A stretch of 63,542 nucleotides of DNA, the filler included, from Pelomyxa schiedti (lineage: Eukaryota; Protista; Evosea), in the NCBI GenBank assembly GCA_020536535.1. It is 14 parts of 14 records of this genome, joined end to end, with 100 filler letters (N's around TTAATTAATTAA, not from the genome) between each part and the next. Parts side by side here need not be neighbours in the genome. Positions count along the whole stretch, not along the records: positions 24,598 to 25,912 come from JAHLWZ010002597.1; positions 26,013 to 53,322 come from JAHLWZ010001032.1; 12 more parts are not named here. One strand, given 5' to 3'. The position numbers were made by a program, and so were the translations under genes. The notes below the pieces were generated by a model. It made no database searches, had not been told where the DNA came from, and was given only the letters and a program-made list of their open reading frames with translations. Below are positions 25,567-36,203 of this stretch, in pieces. Each line of letters begins with the position of its first letter. Position 1 is the stretch's first letter.

Positions 25567-26012
25567 CAGGGTGCCTGCCGAGGGGGGGAAGTTCCCACCT
25601 TAAGTTTTTTGACGAAATCAAACCTTCTTCTTTCCGTTGCTTCAATCTTATGCTTCTGGAAGGGATTGGTTTGGTTATTCTGTACCTCGCTCCGTTCTTG
25701 ATTACCAACACCCAGAGCCCCAATCTAGTCCAGACATCTACAATCAGATCTCTTATCTCTAGTAATGGAGCCGCAACAACAAGCGCCAGGTGCCATTACC
25801 AGCACCAACACCGACACTGTACTAGTAGTCACATCCACAACCACAGCAACAACGACGCAAGACCACAGCAGCCTCGGCGACGCGCCACTTGCCAACGCCC
25901 CAAAACCCCCCCNNNNNNNNNNNNNNNNNNNNNNNNNNNNNNNNNNNNNNNNNNNNTTAATTAATTAANNNNNNNNNNNNNNNNNNNNNNNNNNNNNNNN
26001 NNNNNNNNNNNN

Positions 26013-26364
26013 TGTATCACCTTGGTGTATGTCTCAGGGATGGTGTGGGTGTTGATTGTGACGTGGAGCAGTCACACCACTGGTTGGTGATGGCTGCCCA
26101 GCTTGGTCACAGGGGTGCTGCAAAGATCCTCATATCTGCAATATCTTCTTCATCTTTACTGAGCCACAGATCTGCAGAACCACAAGTGGAAGCATTGACA
26201 AAACAAGTTGAATCCTTGAAAGAACAGTTGGCACATTCTGAAGAGGTGTGTTCCATTTACAACCAATGAAGAATTTGAAACACACACAGAAAGTTGAGTC
26301 TCTGAGGAAAAAAGTGGCAGAGTTGCAAAAGGAGAAGGAAGATGATTGGCATGATGAACCCTGA
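26013..26364 (+). CDS. 3' end of a Sel1-repeat + coiled-coil protein
   Basis: YHLGVCLRDGVGVDCDVEQSHHWLVMAAQLGHRGA, followed by coiled-coil exons. Paralogous to 37250-37450. Confidence 0.7.
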
Positions 26365-26685
26365 CAAATCATCCAGGCATACTGCTGATGCACTCATACA
26401 CTGCATGATGTATTGTGTACATTGACCTTAGATGTCAGGGTCAATGGACAGGCTTGGTATCACTCCAAGAGATCTTGATGATTAATAGCCAAGCACAAAT
26501 GGAGAAAGAGGCAACAGACAGTGCATAATGCCACAATATTCGTTGTTGTTGCGTGGTTATTAAGAAAAGAGCATCTTCACGGAAGCAAATCAATCAGAAA
26601 AGGGAGCCCTTCATGTAAGCCTACCTCGACAAGTACTCCGACTCTCAATCAAAGTTTTTGACGTAGGAACGGAAGACAACCTCTT

Positions 26686-27852
26686 ATGCAAACATTTGGC
26701 GCAGTTGCACCTGCGCCCAGCCACCTCACCCTTGCGCGGGACCAACTCTTCGCCCTGCTCACGGGCGTGGCCATTCCGCATTGTGGGACGCGCAGCCCCG
26801 CCAGGCTCCTACCCGCCCCGGTCCTCGTAGAGGAAATCGGGGCCAAGTTGGTCATGCACGTCGAGAGGAGGGTCGTCATCAGGGGAATGTGCCGTCCCAG
26901 ATCTGCCGACAGCGAAGTTTACACCAAGATCGTGGTGTTTGCTGCAATTTCGTTGACGTATGGGGTGGTGAAGATGTGGTCCTGGAGTTCGAACGAGGAA
27001 CTGAGCAACGTCCGCTTCCTTGAGACAGCCGGGATCTGCTGGGTTGGAAACGGCTGTGCCGTTGTGCAAGGTTCCAGTGATTACGCACTTGCAATTGCGA
27101 ATTTGCGCACCAACGAGGTGATGGACGTGGCCGAGACGCCGGGGTTTTCAGTTGCCTCAGGGTTTCACTGCAGCAACTGCAGAAAGTGGATGGTCCTGTA
27201 CAACAACGAGAAGTCAATTGTGATATTGCTCCTCAGTGGTCTGAACAACAGTGAGGGGGAGGATGGTGACTGTGTGAATCACCAGGAGATCAGCAGGGTG
27301 GTAGAGACAGAAAGGACGGTGATGTGGGTTGACATGATCGGCGAGAACGTTGCTGCCTTGGTAACGATAGAATGTTGCGACGTTGAAGTGTGGTGCATCG
27401 ACCTTGAGGTGTCATTTGTGTCCGAGAAGCTGGCAGTAACGGGCAAGTTCCAGGGTTTTCCCACCATGGAGGAGAAGATGGTTTTCCACTCAAAAAAGCA
27501 CAAGGTTATCGTGGCAACACAGCAGTTGAATCAGCGGGGATGCCAGTGGAGACTGATGTCACTGCAGCTTCCTAAAGTTTTACACCAATCCGGAAACCCT
27601 CTGTACAAGGTGGATCACACTCACTTTGCAGAGCATGATAAGTCCAGAGGCACTCTGAGTGTGTTCTCAACTGACGACTTTGACAACCCTGTGCGTGTAT
27701 TCCTGCTGCATGGTGAGTTCCGACTTGGGAATGGGTTCATTGTGTTCTGGGAAGAAGGATACATTGACCTTGTTGACACTGTGACTGGGGCCTGGTTGTT
27801 GTGCCAACCATCATCTCGTCTCCTGCAGTTTCTTCTCATCAATAAATCTTGA
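26686..27852 (+). CDS. Array family member (ARDQL/CGxRSP motif + beta-rich domain), 388 aa
   Basis: Intronless ORF with ARDQLFALL..PHCGTRSPA, SLTYGVV, HFAEHD..TLSVFSTDDF and LVDTVTGAWLL. Confidence 0.85.
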   Translation: MQTFGAVAPAPSHLTLARDQLFALLTGVAIPHCGTRSPARLLPAPVLVEEIGAKLVMHVERRVVIRGMCRPRSADSEVYTKIVVFAAISLTYGVVKMWSWSSNEELSNVRFLETAGICWVGNGCAVVQGSSDYALAIANLRTNEVMDVAETPGFSVASGFHCSNCRKWMVLYNNEKSIVILLLSGLNNSEGEDGDCVNHQEISRVVETERTVMWVDMIGENVAALVTIECCDVEVWCIDLEVSFVSEKLAVTGKFQGFPTMEEKMVFHSKKHKVIVATQQLNQRGCQWRLMSLQLPKVLHQSGNPLYKVDHTHFAEHDKSRGTLSVFSTDDFDNPVRVFLLHGEFRLGNGFIVFWEEGYIDLVDTVTGAWLLCQPSSRLLQFLLINKS

Positions 27853-28180
27853 GGTTGGTATAAACAAAGTNNNNNNNNNNNNNNNNNNNNNNNNNNNNNN
27901 NNNNNNNNNNNNNNNNNNNNNNNNNNNNNNNNNNNNNNNNNNNNNNNNNNNNNNNNNNNNNNNNNNNNNNGGAAGAAGGATACATTGACCTTGTTGACAC
28001 TGTGACTGGGGCCTGGTTGTTGTGCCAACCATCATCTCGTCTCCTGCAGTTTCTTCTCATCAATAAATCTTGAGGTTGGTATAAACAAAGTGAGAGAGTT
28101 AGCTACTTTCAAGTTGTGTGTGACCATGCGTTTGTTGTTGGTGGGAGAAAAACGAGGAGTGTGTGCTGAATTTGTGTGGC

Positions 28181-28450
28181 TCATGCAGCATTTAGGGAAA
28201 ACACAATACTGACAAACGAGTGTGTGACAACAAGTCGACCTGAATGGTGGCTCCTCCACATCCACAGCTTTGCTGGATGGCAATCTTCTCTTCTGCATTC
28301 ATACACACATTCATACATGCAGGTCATGACTCAACCCACCAGACTCCTGCCGATGTCGCACACGAGCACGGCGTGGGGCACGAGGGACGCTGGGCTGCGG
28401 GGCACAACGAGCAGGGGGATTAGCTTGGCGGTGTCGGACGGCTCACTCAT
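28181..28450 (-). pseudogene. Deletion-collapsed copy of the 29483-30652 gene
   Basis: About 270 bp made of co-linear blocks of the 1170-bp paralog. Junctions lie at AACA (29502/29916) and CACCA (30223/30476). Confidence 0.88.
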
Positions 28451-28496
28451 TTTTTTTGGTTTGTAAACTGGAAGGTTTGTGTGATACATAAACCAA

Positions 28497-29223
28497 TTAA
28501 TTATAACGGCTTCGCCACAACATCACCACGACGCCAATCGCTAGTATAATGAACGTAATTCCAGCAAAGACAAGGAGCACTACACCAGCAGTGAGATCAC
28601 CAGTGTCCATATCCTCAGGATCATACTTGAAGAATGCATAATTCTCATAATCAGAAGACTCTGTTCCAGGGTATGTCAGAACTGTTTGATCAGGTTAGCA
28701 CAATGTATCATCATATGTATGTTGTGTGTATCTGTAACTCCCTTCTTACTTTTATCAGGGTTGAACCAGCAGGTATAGTTATGACCGATAGGCCAGTCTT
28801 CAATCTCTTCGTCTGCCTTGCTGTAACTGGTCCACACACCATTGTCTGTATCGGACAAACAGATTTTACCATAGTACCTGTGTGACATCACACACTACGT
28901 TGTTTCTCTGGAAGGAGGCATCATACACTTCTGGTGATGTGGCATTTGAACCAGTAATATCCACGCGCCACTGTGCCCTCCAATAGGTATTGTCTGTGTC
29001 CCAGTCATAGTAACTATACACCTCTTGGGTACCAATAAGAAAACTACAGCAAAAAAAAGCACAACGATGGACGTTCACCTTTTTCCCAGGCGTAGCAATT
29101 TGCCACTTCCATGTAGTAGCCGTTACTACGGTCCACAAGGTACCATATCCCCAATCCCAAAAAGATACAGAAGCAAGACACCCCAGCAGAAAAAATAAGG
29201 CAGGTGCGGAAGTGATCCGTCAT
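28497..29223 (-). CDS. Two-TM membrane protein with a Cys-containing, glycosylatable loop; multi-exon
   Basis: Spliced reading: MTDHFRTCLIFSAGVSCFCIFLGLGIWYLV..WRAQWRVDITGSNAT..IGHNYTCWFNPD..AGVVLLVFAGITFIILAIGVVVMLWRSRYN*. Confidence 0.7.
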
Positions 29224-29482
29224 TCCCTCCGGCGTTACTTTACGTTACAACGCGGCAAAAAAACCGTTGACTTCTCGGAATGCTGCTAGTGATGGTGACG
29301 GTGCCGTGGCGTGCTAAGTCCATCCAGTTATAAGCACTTACGTGTGACTGGGGCCTGGTTCTTGTGCCAACCATCATCTCGTCTCCTGCAGTTTCTTCTC
29401 ATCAATAAATCTTGAGGTTGGTATAAACAAAGTGAGAACCACAAATCTTGTTGTTTTTTTAAAAACTCGTGCTGAATTTGTG

Positions 29483-30652
29483 TCATGCAGCATTTAGGGA
29501 AAACATGTAAGGTACTTGGTAATTCTTGTCAGAATCTGTGAGTGATGAACGGGGGAATGGGAGGAATGGCTGGCGCAACAGCCAAGTGCCAGTGACTGCG
29601 TCAACAAGGTCCAAGTACCCCTCTCGTTGCGTAAGTGCAATGAGCCCATTCCCACATTGGAACTGGCCATTGATGCTGGCAAAGATGCGCAAAGCCGCCA
29701 AATGGTGACCAAAGTCGTCAGTGGAGAACACACTCAGGGTTTTGTTTTGTGGATCCTCTTCAGCAAAGTGTGTGTAATCCACCTTGTGTACACACCAGGT
29801 GGGCCAACTGACACTATCACAGGGGCCACGGAGTGACCTGAGCACCAGCTTTGTGGCACCACAGCTCTTTTCTCTCACATAAGTTGGTACAATCAACTTG
29901 TGGTTTTTGGAGCGGAACACAATACTGCCAAACCCATAAAACGAGTGTGTGACAACAAGTCGACATGAATGATAGCTCCTTTCCAAGTCAACACAAAGCA
30001 CCTGGTACCCACGAGAGGGGTAATCTACAGTTCTGGTTGACAGTGCAACTTCATCGTCGTTGATCATGTCTGCCTGCCACATCTTCCCAGTCACATCCAC
30101 AGCTTTGCACACACCTCCTGTCAGTCCAAGTGGCCGGATGGCAATCTTCTCTTCTGCATTCCGCCCTCGGTAGAGAACAGCCCACTTCCTTCCCTTGCAT
30201 ACATGCAGGTCATGACCCAACCCACCAACCGCCTCCTCCTCGTCAACCGTCATCTCCCGGCTGGATTCCACAACTTTGATGTTTGAGGGGTTTCCATACG
30301 GCCACAATTCCAGCCGGTACGCAACCTCGCCCCATCCCCGAAACTCCACGACACCCAGAGTCAGTGACACACCAACGGCAGCCAGGTTGAAGATTGTGTT
30401 TGTGTCCGTCGCATCCACCACGGGGGTATAGCCCATTCTGTACCCCTTCACGACGGCTCTCCTTTCCACGTGCATCACCAGACTCCTGCCGATGTCGCGC
30501 GCTAGCACGGCGTGGGGCGCGAGGGAGGCTGGGCTGCGGGCGCCGCAGCGGGGCACCACGACGCACGCGAGCAGGGGGATGAGCTGGTCGCGGGCCCACA
30601 GCACGTGCTCTGGCGGTGTCGGTGCGACTCGTAGTTGTTGGTGCTCACTCAT
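29483..30652 (-). CDS. Array family member, about 389 aa from ATG 30652
   Basis: WARDQLIPLLACVVVPRCGARSPA..SLTLGVV..HFAEED..VDAVTGTWLLRQP. Confidence 0.88.
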   Translation of the reverse strand: MSEHQQLRVAPTPPEHVLWARDQLIPLLACVVVPRCGARSPASLAPHAVLARDIGRSLVMHVERRAVVKGYRMGYTPVVDATDTNTIFNLAAVGVSLTLGVVEFRGWGEVAYRLELWPYGNPSNIKVVESSREMTVDEEEAVGGLGHDLHVCKGRKWAVLYRGRNAEEKIAIRPLGLTGGVCKAVDVTGKMWQADMINDDEVALSTRTVDYPSRGYQVLCVDLERSYHSCRLVVTHSFYGFGSIVFRSKNHKLIVPTYVREKSCGATKLVLRSLRGPCDSVSWPTWCVHKVDYTHFAEEDPQNKTLSVFSTDDFGHHLAALRIFASINGQFQCGNGLIALTQREGYLDLVDAVTGTWLLRQPFLPFPRSSLTDSDKNYQVPYMFSLNAA

Positions 30653-30709
30653 TTCCTTTTCCCAGAATAACGATGACAGCGTTCCGGTCTGTTGATTATT
30701 CAACCGTCC

Positions 30710-30850
30710 CGGACATCACCACTTGGTTTCTCTGAAAAGAGGCATCATATCCACCCACCACTGTGCCCTCTTAAGCAAATTGGAACGACGCGACGTCGGT
30801 GGTGCGGTGTGGCCCACAATCGTGCTAAGTCCGGTTATAAGCACTGAATG
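30710..30850 (-). pseudogene. Collapsed remnant of the two-TM gene and its upstream region
   Basis: Blocks match about 28885-28930, 28959-28980 and 29310-29338. Confidence 0.75.
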
Positions 30851-30954
30851 ACTCACCAACACACTAAGAATTTTTTTTTTGAATCCCTTTCAAATTTGTG
30901 TTGTATGTCAGTGATGAAGAAAGTGGAAGGTCAATGTGTGCTTTTTAACAGTCC

Positions 30955-32316
30955 TCAATACCATGAGGGATTGAATTGTGGAATGTTGAAATGAAAATGG
31001 GACGAATCAAATGGTACAGTGAAGGCACCAACATGTAACCCTGAGGGGCAATCATGCACTTCAAACGTGACTTCAGTTGTGGGAGTTGTAGTTGTGGTGT
31101 GACTACTGCCACATTGCATCGTTGTTGAGGCAATGAGGCACGACTGGTGAGTTCCTTATGATGGTGATGCCCAGGTGCAAGGGACTGAGAGTGTTGGTTC
31201 CCCAGTCAAATTTCCAGTGTGATACATTTTGAACAGTGTGGGACACTTGACGAGTAGATGGCTGGTGCCAATTGGCACAACACTTGCTTCCAGGGAAAAC
31301 GCATCACTTCCTTGCCAGTTGTGCTGTCCACAACAGAGTAAGATGACACATCGAGAGATAATGCAAGGTGCACAAGGAACCACCAGCTTGGAGGCCAGAG
31401 TCTGGCCACACAGCACCACTTGGATAGTCATCTCCACACTGGGTAGTTGCAGTAACAACTAATTGCCCTTTTTTGGAACTGGCTTGCAAGTCCCAGAATG
31501 TCACAGTACCACCTGTGAAAAACACTATCAGGATGTCACTAAATGGTGAAAAATAGCATTCCCCAACATAACTCCAATAACCATCTAGATCAAACGCCAT
31601 TTCTGGTGGCTGAGAACCACCACCACCAGCGCCAGTTCCAACAGCTGATGCACTCCACACACACACACTTTTTCTTGGTGTTCAGGGTGAAGAAACCCCA
31701 CAATCCACTTTCTGTCGCAGTACAGATCATGTTTTGGTGCCACTTGGGACGAACACATCACAATCTCACGAGTTGGTGACGAGGGTGTGGCGTTTGCACC
31801 CACCACTATTTTCATCAGGAGCCTGCTGTCCCCAACGCAGCCACACACAGTGGAACCGGGCTGGATGTGGAACCAAGAGTGCTTGACAACCCCCAGTGTT
31901 GGTGACACACTCACGAACAAGAAGTGATCCTGGATTGGGAGCCTGAACACAGCCTCATCAGATGGCCTGAGCACCCACTCCTCAGCCCACGCCCTGAACA
32001 GAACCGTTGATTGTACCCACTGCACCAGCCCTTGTGGACAACAAGAACCAACGCAGCGGCTGCTACCTGTTGTTCGTTTCTGTACTCTTCCTCTTTGAAA
32101 TGATTCAGAAGCAGCAGTGGCGACGAGTGTGGGTTGTTGTTGTTGTGGTTGTGGTTGTTGATGTTGTGGGGGTAATGCACAACAAAGGAGGAGGGCCATC
32201 ACCTGCGACTTGGCTGTTGGCGGTCTTCTTTGTGTCTGTGCTGGTGTTGTTGTTGGTGTTGACGAAGAGTTTGCTGTTTGGTCCTGCTCCCCCATTTTGC
32301 TCTGTTGTTGTCCCAT
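30955..32316 (-). pseudogene. Divergent SPTLGVV-superfamily gene broken by frameshifts and a stop (or unusually small introns)
   Basis: AKSQVMALL, WAEEWVL, FVSVSPTLGVV, CDRKWIV, HTGNL and HDCPSGLHVGAF are spread over three frames. In-frame TAA at 31156-31158. Confidence 0.6.
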
Positions 32317-32660
32317 CCTCGAAGAACAAGCCACTGTGTTTTCGGGTTTGAGAAAGACAGACTATGGAATCGATTTGTTGCTTGTGATTGAGATTATCCA
32401 AGGGATAATGGATCAGGGTAACACAAGCACTGGACTCGTGGTTGAGATCTTCAGTCTTACCACAGAAGTTGGATGAAAAGGGAAAGATGGCGAAGGTTGT
32501 GATGCATAACGGGCGCCACAACGAACATGGTGACACTGGTTGCCTGCGCGTCCCTTCACGCCACCAACGGCGTCACTGACGAGGGACGTGCTGATGACCA
32601 TCTCCCGGTTCGTACTGGCTCATTGGCCTGTCTGACTCGTGTATATGAGGATACCTTGTT

Positions 32661-32825
32661 GTTTTGTTTTGTTTTGTTTTGTTTTGTTTTGTTTCGTTTC
32701 GTTTCGTTTCGTTTCGTTTCGTTTCGTTTCGTTTCGTTTCGTTTCGTTTCGTTTCGTTTCGTTTCGTTTCGTTTCGTTTCGTTTCGTTTCGTTTCGTTTC
32801 GTTTCGTTTTGTTTTGTTTTGTTTT
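32661..32825 (+). repeat. Compound pentanucleotide microsatellite (GTTTT)6(GTTTC)23(GTTTT)4
   Basis: Counted directly from the sequence. Confidence 0.95.
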
Positions 32826-34468
32826 GTTCGATCTTCCACCCAAGGGTGATGTGCTGACAATTGTTGGGACCGCCAGGAAGAGGTTGGGCATGTGGGGTGT
32901 CATCTGGACCTTGCCAGAACCTACTCNNNNNNNNNNNNNNNNNNNNNNNNNNNNNNNNNNNNNNNNNNNNNNNNNNNNNNNNNNNNNNNNNNNNNNNNNN
33001 NNNNNNNNNNNNNNNNNNNNNNNNNNGTTTTGTTTTGTTTTGTTTTGTTCGATCTTCCACCCAAGGGTGATGTGCTGACAATTGTTGGGACCGCCAGGAA
33101 GAGGTTGGGCATGTGGGGTGTCATCTGGACCTTGCCAGAACCTACTCAAGTGAAGGTAGGTCGTTTATACAATTTGCACATCTGATCTTTGTATAGTTAG
33201 TTTACTTTTTTTGCCGTATTACAAAGCCGAGTACGGTACATGTATTTTGTGCACAATATGTCGGCGCCGAGGTAATACGCTCGCCGGGACTTGTTGTGGA
33301 GTCCATGGTTGTACGGTCCGGCCGGTTGTACATCCGGTAAGACGGGGACGGGTAGAGGGGTATGACTAACAGTGATGGAAATCAAATAGGTCCGGTGGTA
33401 ATACAATTGGGTAATGGAACAGAATTAGCTTCAGCGGTATGAGTACTTCCACTGAGGGAAATGGATTCTCAGGTGTGGAACAATCTGTTCCGCTTCAGGA
33501 ACTGGAATATTAAAATGCGGATCACTATTTGCACTTGGCGGAATACTTGGAGTACCAAGCAATACTTGGTCTGACCCAGGCGTGTATATCTTCGTACATG
33601 TTCGGCCACCAGTACTTGGCAGCAGTAGCATGAAAGGTTGTTTGCTTGCTTGATATAAAACTTTTGCATCATCCCTGATACCAATTGTCTCCAGCAAATT
33701 GTTTGTTTGACAATAATAAAGATTGCAGTCGGTAATAACCCAAGAAACTTAGTATCTCGAAGTGCGATGTTGGCTGTTTGCTTGATATAAAACTTCGGAC
33801 TACTTTTCTATGATTCTTGACAAATTGGCTTCCAATTGTTTGTTTGATCTTTCAGAAAGGTAAGCTGAAAAACCCCATTAGCACAGATCCTTGTTCCCCT
33901 TTCCAGGGATTCACTTACCGGTACATTGGGTATAATCCAAAATAGAGTACACTAAGTAACTTGCTAATATTAACCAGAGTAAATCTTTGGATTTGGTCTG
34001 ATAACTCCCCGGCGGGAGTGTAGTGTTCCCTGCAGTTCCCTCTCTATTCCAACACTAATGCCAGTACAGTGTTTGTTGCTTTTGCACTCAGGAGGACAAT
34101 ATATTCACATTTGCATCGGCACACAGAGGTGTCCATTTACGGCAACAAATCATGAAATCAGATTGGTCTTGGCAACAATAAATAATAAATAAATACCGGC
34201 ATTCTGACAGATCCACAATTTTCAGATTATATTCAATGGTTGCAACAGTAATAAGTAATGAATTAGTAGTTAATAAACTATTTCGAAATAAGAGCCTTAC
34301 ATCATACTTAGCTTTGGATCTGTTGTGCACATTCGCTTCTATGTCAACTCCCGCTCTAATCCCATTCCAAGATGGCTGCTGCTGCCAGTGTGTGAGAACT
34401 ATCCTCCAGCTGAAAACGCTAATTCTACAATTTTGGCTGATGAAGAAGAATAAAAAACAGGTCATTCA

Positions 34469-34768
34469 TTACAACGTTCCACACTTGCAATCAGGCAGCG
34501 CGTGGTGCATGGCATTGGCGCGTATGTCATTCACTTGACAACCCTTCTGGCTGTTGCACACAGGGCAGCAATACACAATGTACCTCACACCAGTGGTTGC
34601 ATTCTGGTTGGCGAAAATGACGTGGCATGCACGAGTGGCCACCCCGTTGCATCCGTTGGTTGCGCACTTTGTTGTTGAGTCACAAGGGGCCCCTAATCCA
34701 CTGTAATGAGTACACCCAGTGGTTCCATTGAGGTGTTTCACACGACACGAGTGGTTCACGTAAGCCAT
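34469..34768 (-). CDS. 99-aa Cys/His-rich protein with HNH/His-Me-finger-like spacing
   Basis: Intronless ATG-TAA ORF with 12 Cys and the pattern C35-x4-C40..H49..Y63-I-V-Y-C-C68-x2-C71-N72. Confidence 0.65.
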   Translation of the reverse strand: MAYVNHSCRVKHLNGTTGCTHYSGLGAPCDSTTKCATNGCNGVATRACHVIFANQNATTGVRYIVYCCPVCNSQKGCQVNDIRANAMHHALPDCKCGTL

Positions 34769-34856
34769 CGCTGCTGTTGTTTAACCTTAACCTTTAGGTG
34801 GGAAAAGAATACAGACCTTATTATTTCGGAAAGAAATAAACACTCTGGTGGAGGCC

Positions 34857-36203
34857 CTATAACTCAAGATTTTTTGGAGGACAGAATTTCCCCGAGTTAG
34901 TTGTAATCAACAGCACCACTTCATCATCGTTGACCACGTCCACCCACTCGATCTGTCCTTCAACGGGCACAACAACTTTGTTGTGCAGCCATCCGCCGCC
35001 GTGCAGTCCAAATGGAAGTCCCAGTGGCCAGATTGCAATTCTCCCACCAAAGATCTCTGGGTACATGACAACCCAATTCCCGCTTTTTAACATTTTGATG
35101 AGAGGCCATTCAGCGGCGTCACCAAGCACCTCCTCCTCCACAACCCGCATCTCCGCGAGATCGACAAGTTCCACCACATTCCGCCAGCTGTGGACAGCCA
35201 AGCCGTCGCCAATCCACATGTACGGCAGACGGACATGCACATTGCAGCACCATGCCGATAATCTGACCACACCAAGCGTAGGCGAGATGCCGATGACCAC
35301 GAGCTGCAGTGGGTCGAGGTGGAGGGGGCCACCGGGGCGCCGGGCCGCATGGCCGCCCCCGCCGCCGCCGCCAAGGACCAGGTGGCGGGCGCCCATGACG
35401 AGCACCGTGCCCACGTGCGTGACGAACCTCGCGCCGATGTCGCTGGCGAGCACGTGGTGGGGCACGAGGGAGGCGGGGCTGCGGGCGCCGCAGCGGGGCA
35501 CCGCGAGGCAGGCGAGCAGGGCGGCGAGCTGGTCGCGGGCCCACAGGGCGCGCTGGGGGGCAGGCAGTACGCCACGCACTGCGAAAGGGGTATTTACGGG
35601 CTGCTGCTGCTGCTGTTGCTGTTGCTGTTGCGGATGTACTGCTTGCTGTAGTTGTTCCGCACTCATTCCTGGGATGTATTTTTTTGATTCGATACTTTCC
35701 AGGTGTTGTGCCTCAACTTGGAAAAGAGCTATGAGTCAGGCCAACTTGTGGTTGCAGACTCTTTCAGCGGGTTCAAGAGCCTGGAAGGCATGGTTTTCAC
35801 CTCCAAACAGCACAAGTTGATCGTGCCAATACGTGGGAGAAAGAAGAGCAAAAAGAGCAAGGATGGTGGTGGCTACCCTCTGGAGCTGAGGTCACTTCGT
35901 CCACACAAAGTGTTGCGCACTTGTCCAGACAAATTCGTTGTTCTCCGCAAAGTGGATAGCACGCACTTTGCAGAAGCAGGCAGATTCCACCACGAGACCC
36001 TCAGTGTTTTTTCAACTGCCGACTTTGAGAGCCCTGTGCGCCTCTTTCCACTCAATGGTGATTTCCAGTGTGGACAGGGTTTTCTTGCATTGATGCACCA
36101 AGAGGAGGGGTGCTTTGACATCGTTGATGCAGTCACTGGCACTTGGCTGTTGCGCCAGCCAACCCTCTCCCATTCCTCCCACTTGTTCTTAGACATCTCA
36201 TGA
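34857..36203. pseudogene. Array family member split by inversion of 34884-35699 (N-half on the minus strand, C-half on the plus strand)
   Basis: The minus ORF 34857-35666 ends ..VVLLITTNSGKF. The plus frame resumes QVLCLNLEKSY at 35700. Paralogs read PSGNFQVLCVDL continuously. Confidence 0.87.

Noticed and set aside
32527-33185. ORFs with NETKR / FRFVS repeats
   Set aside because: They are translations of the pentanucleotide microsatellite and its gap-duplicated flank.
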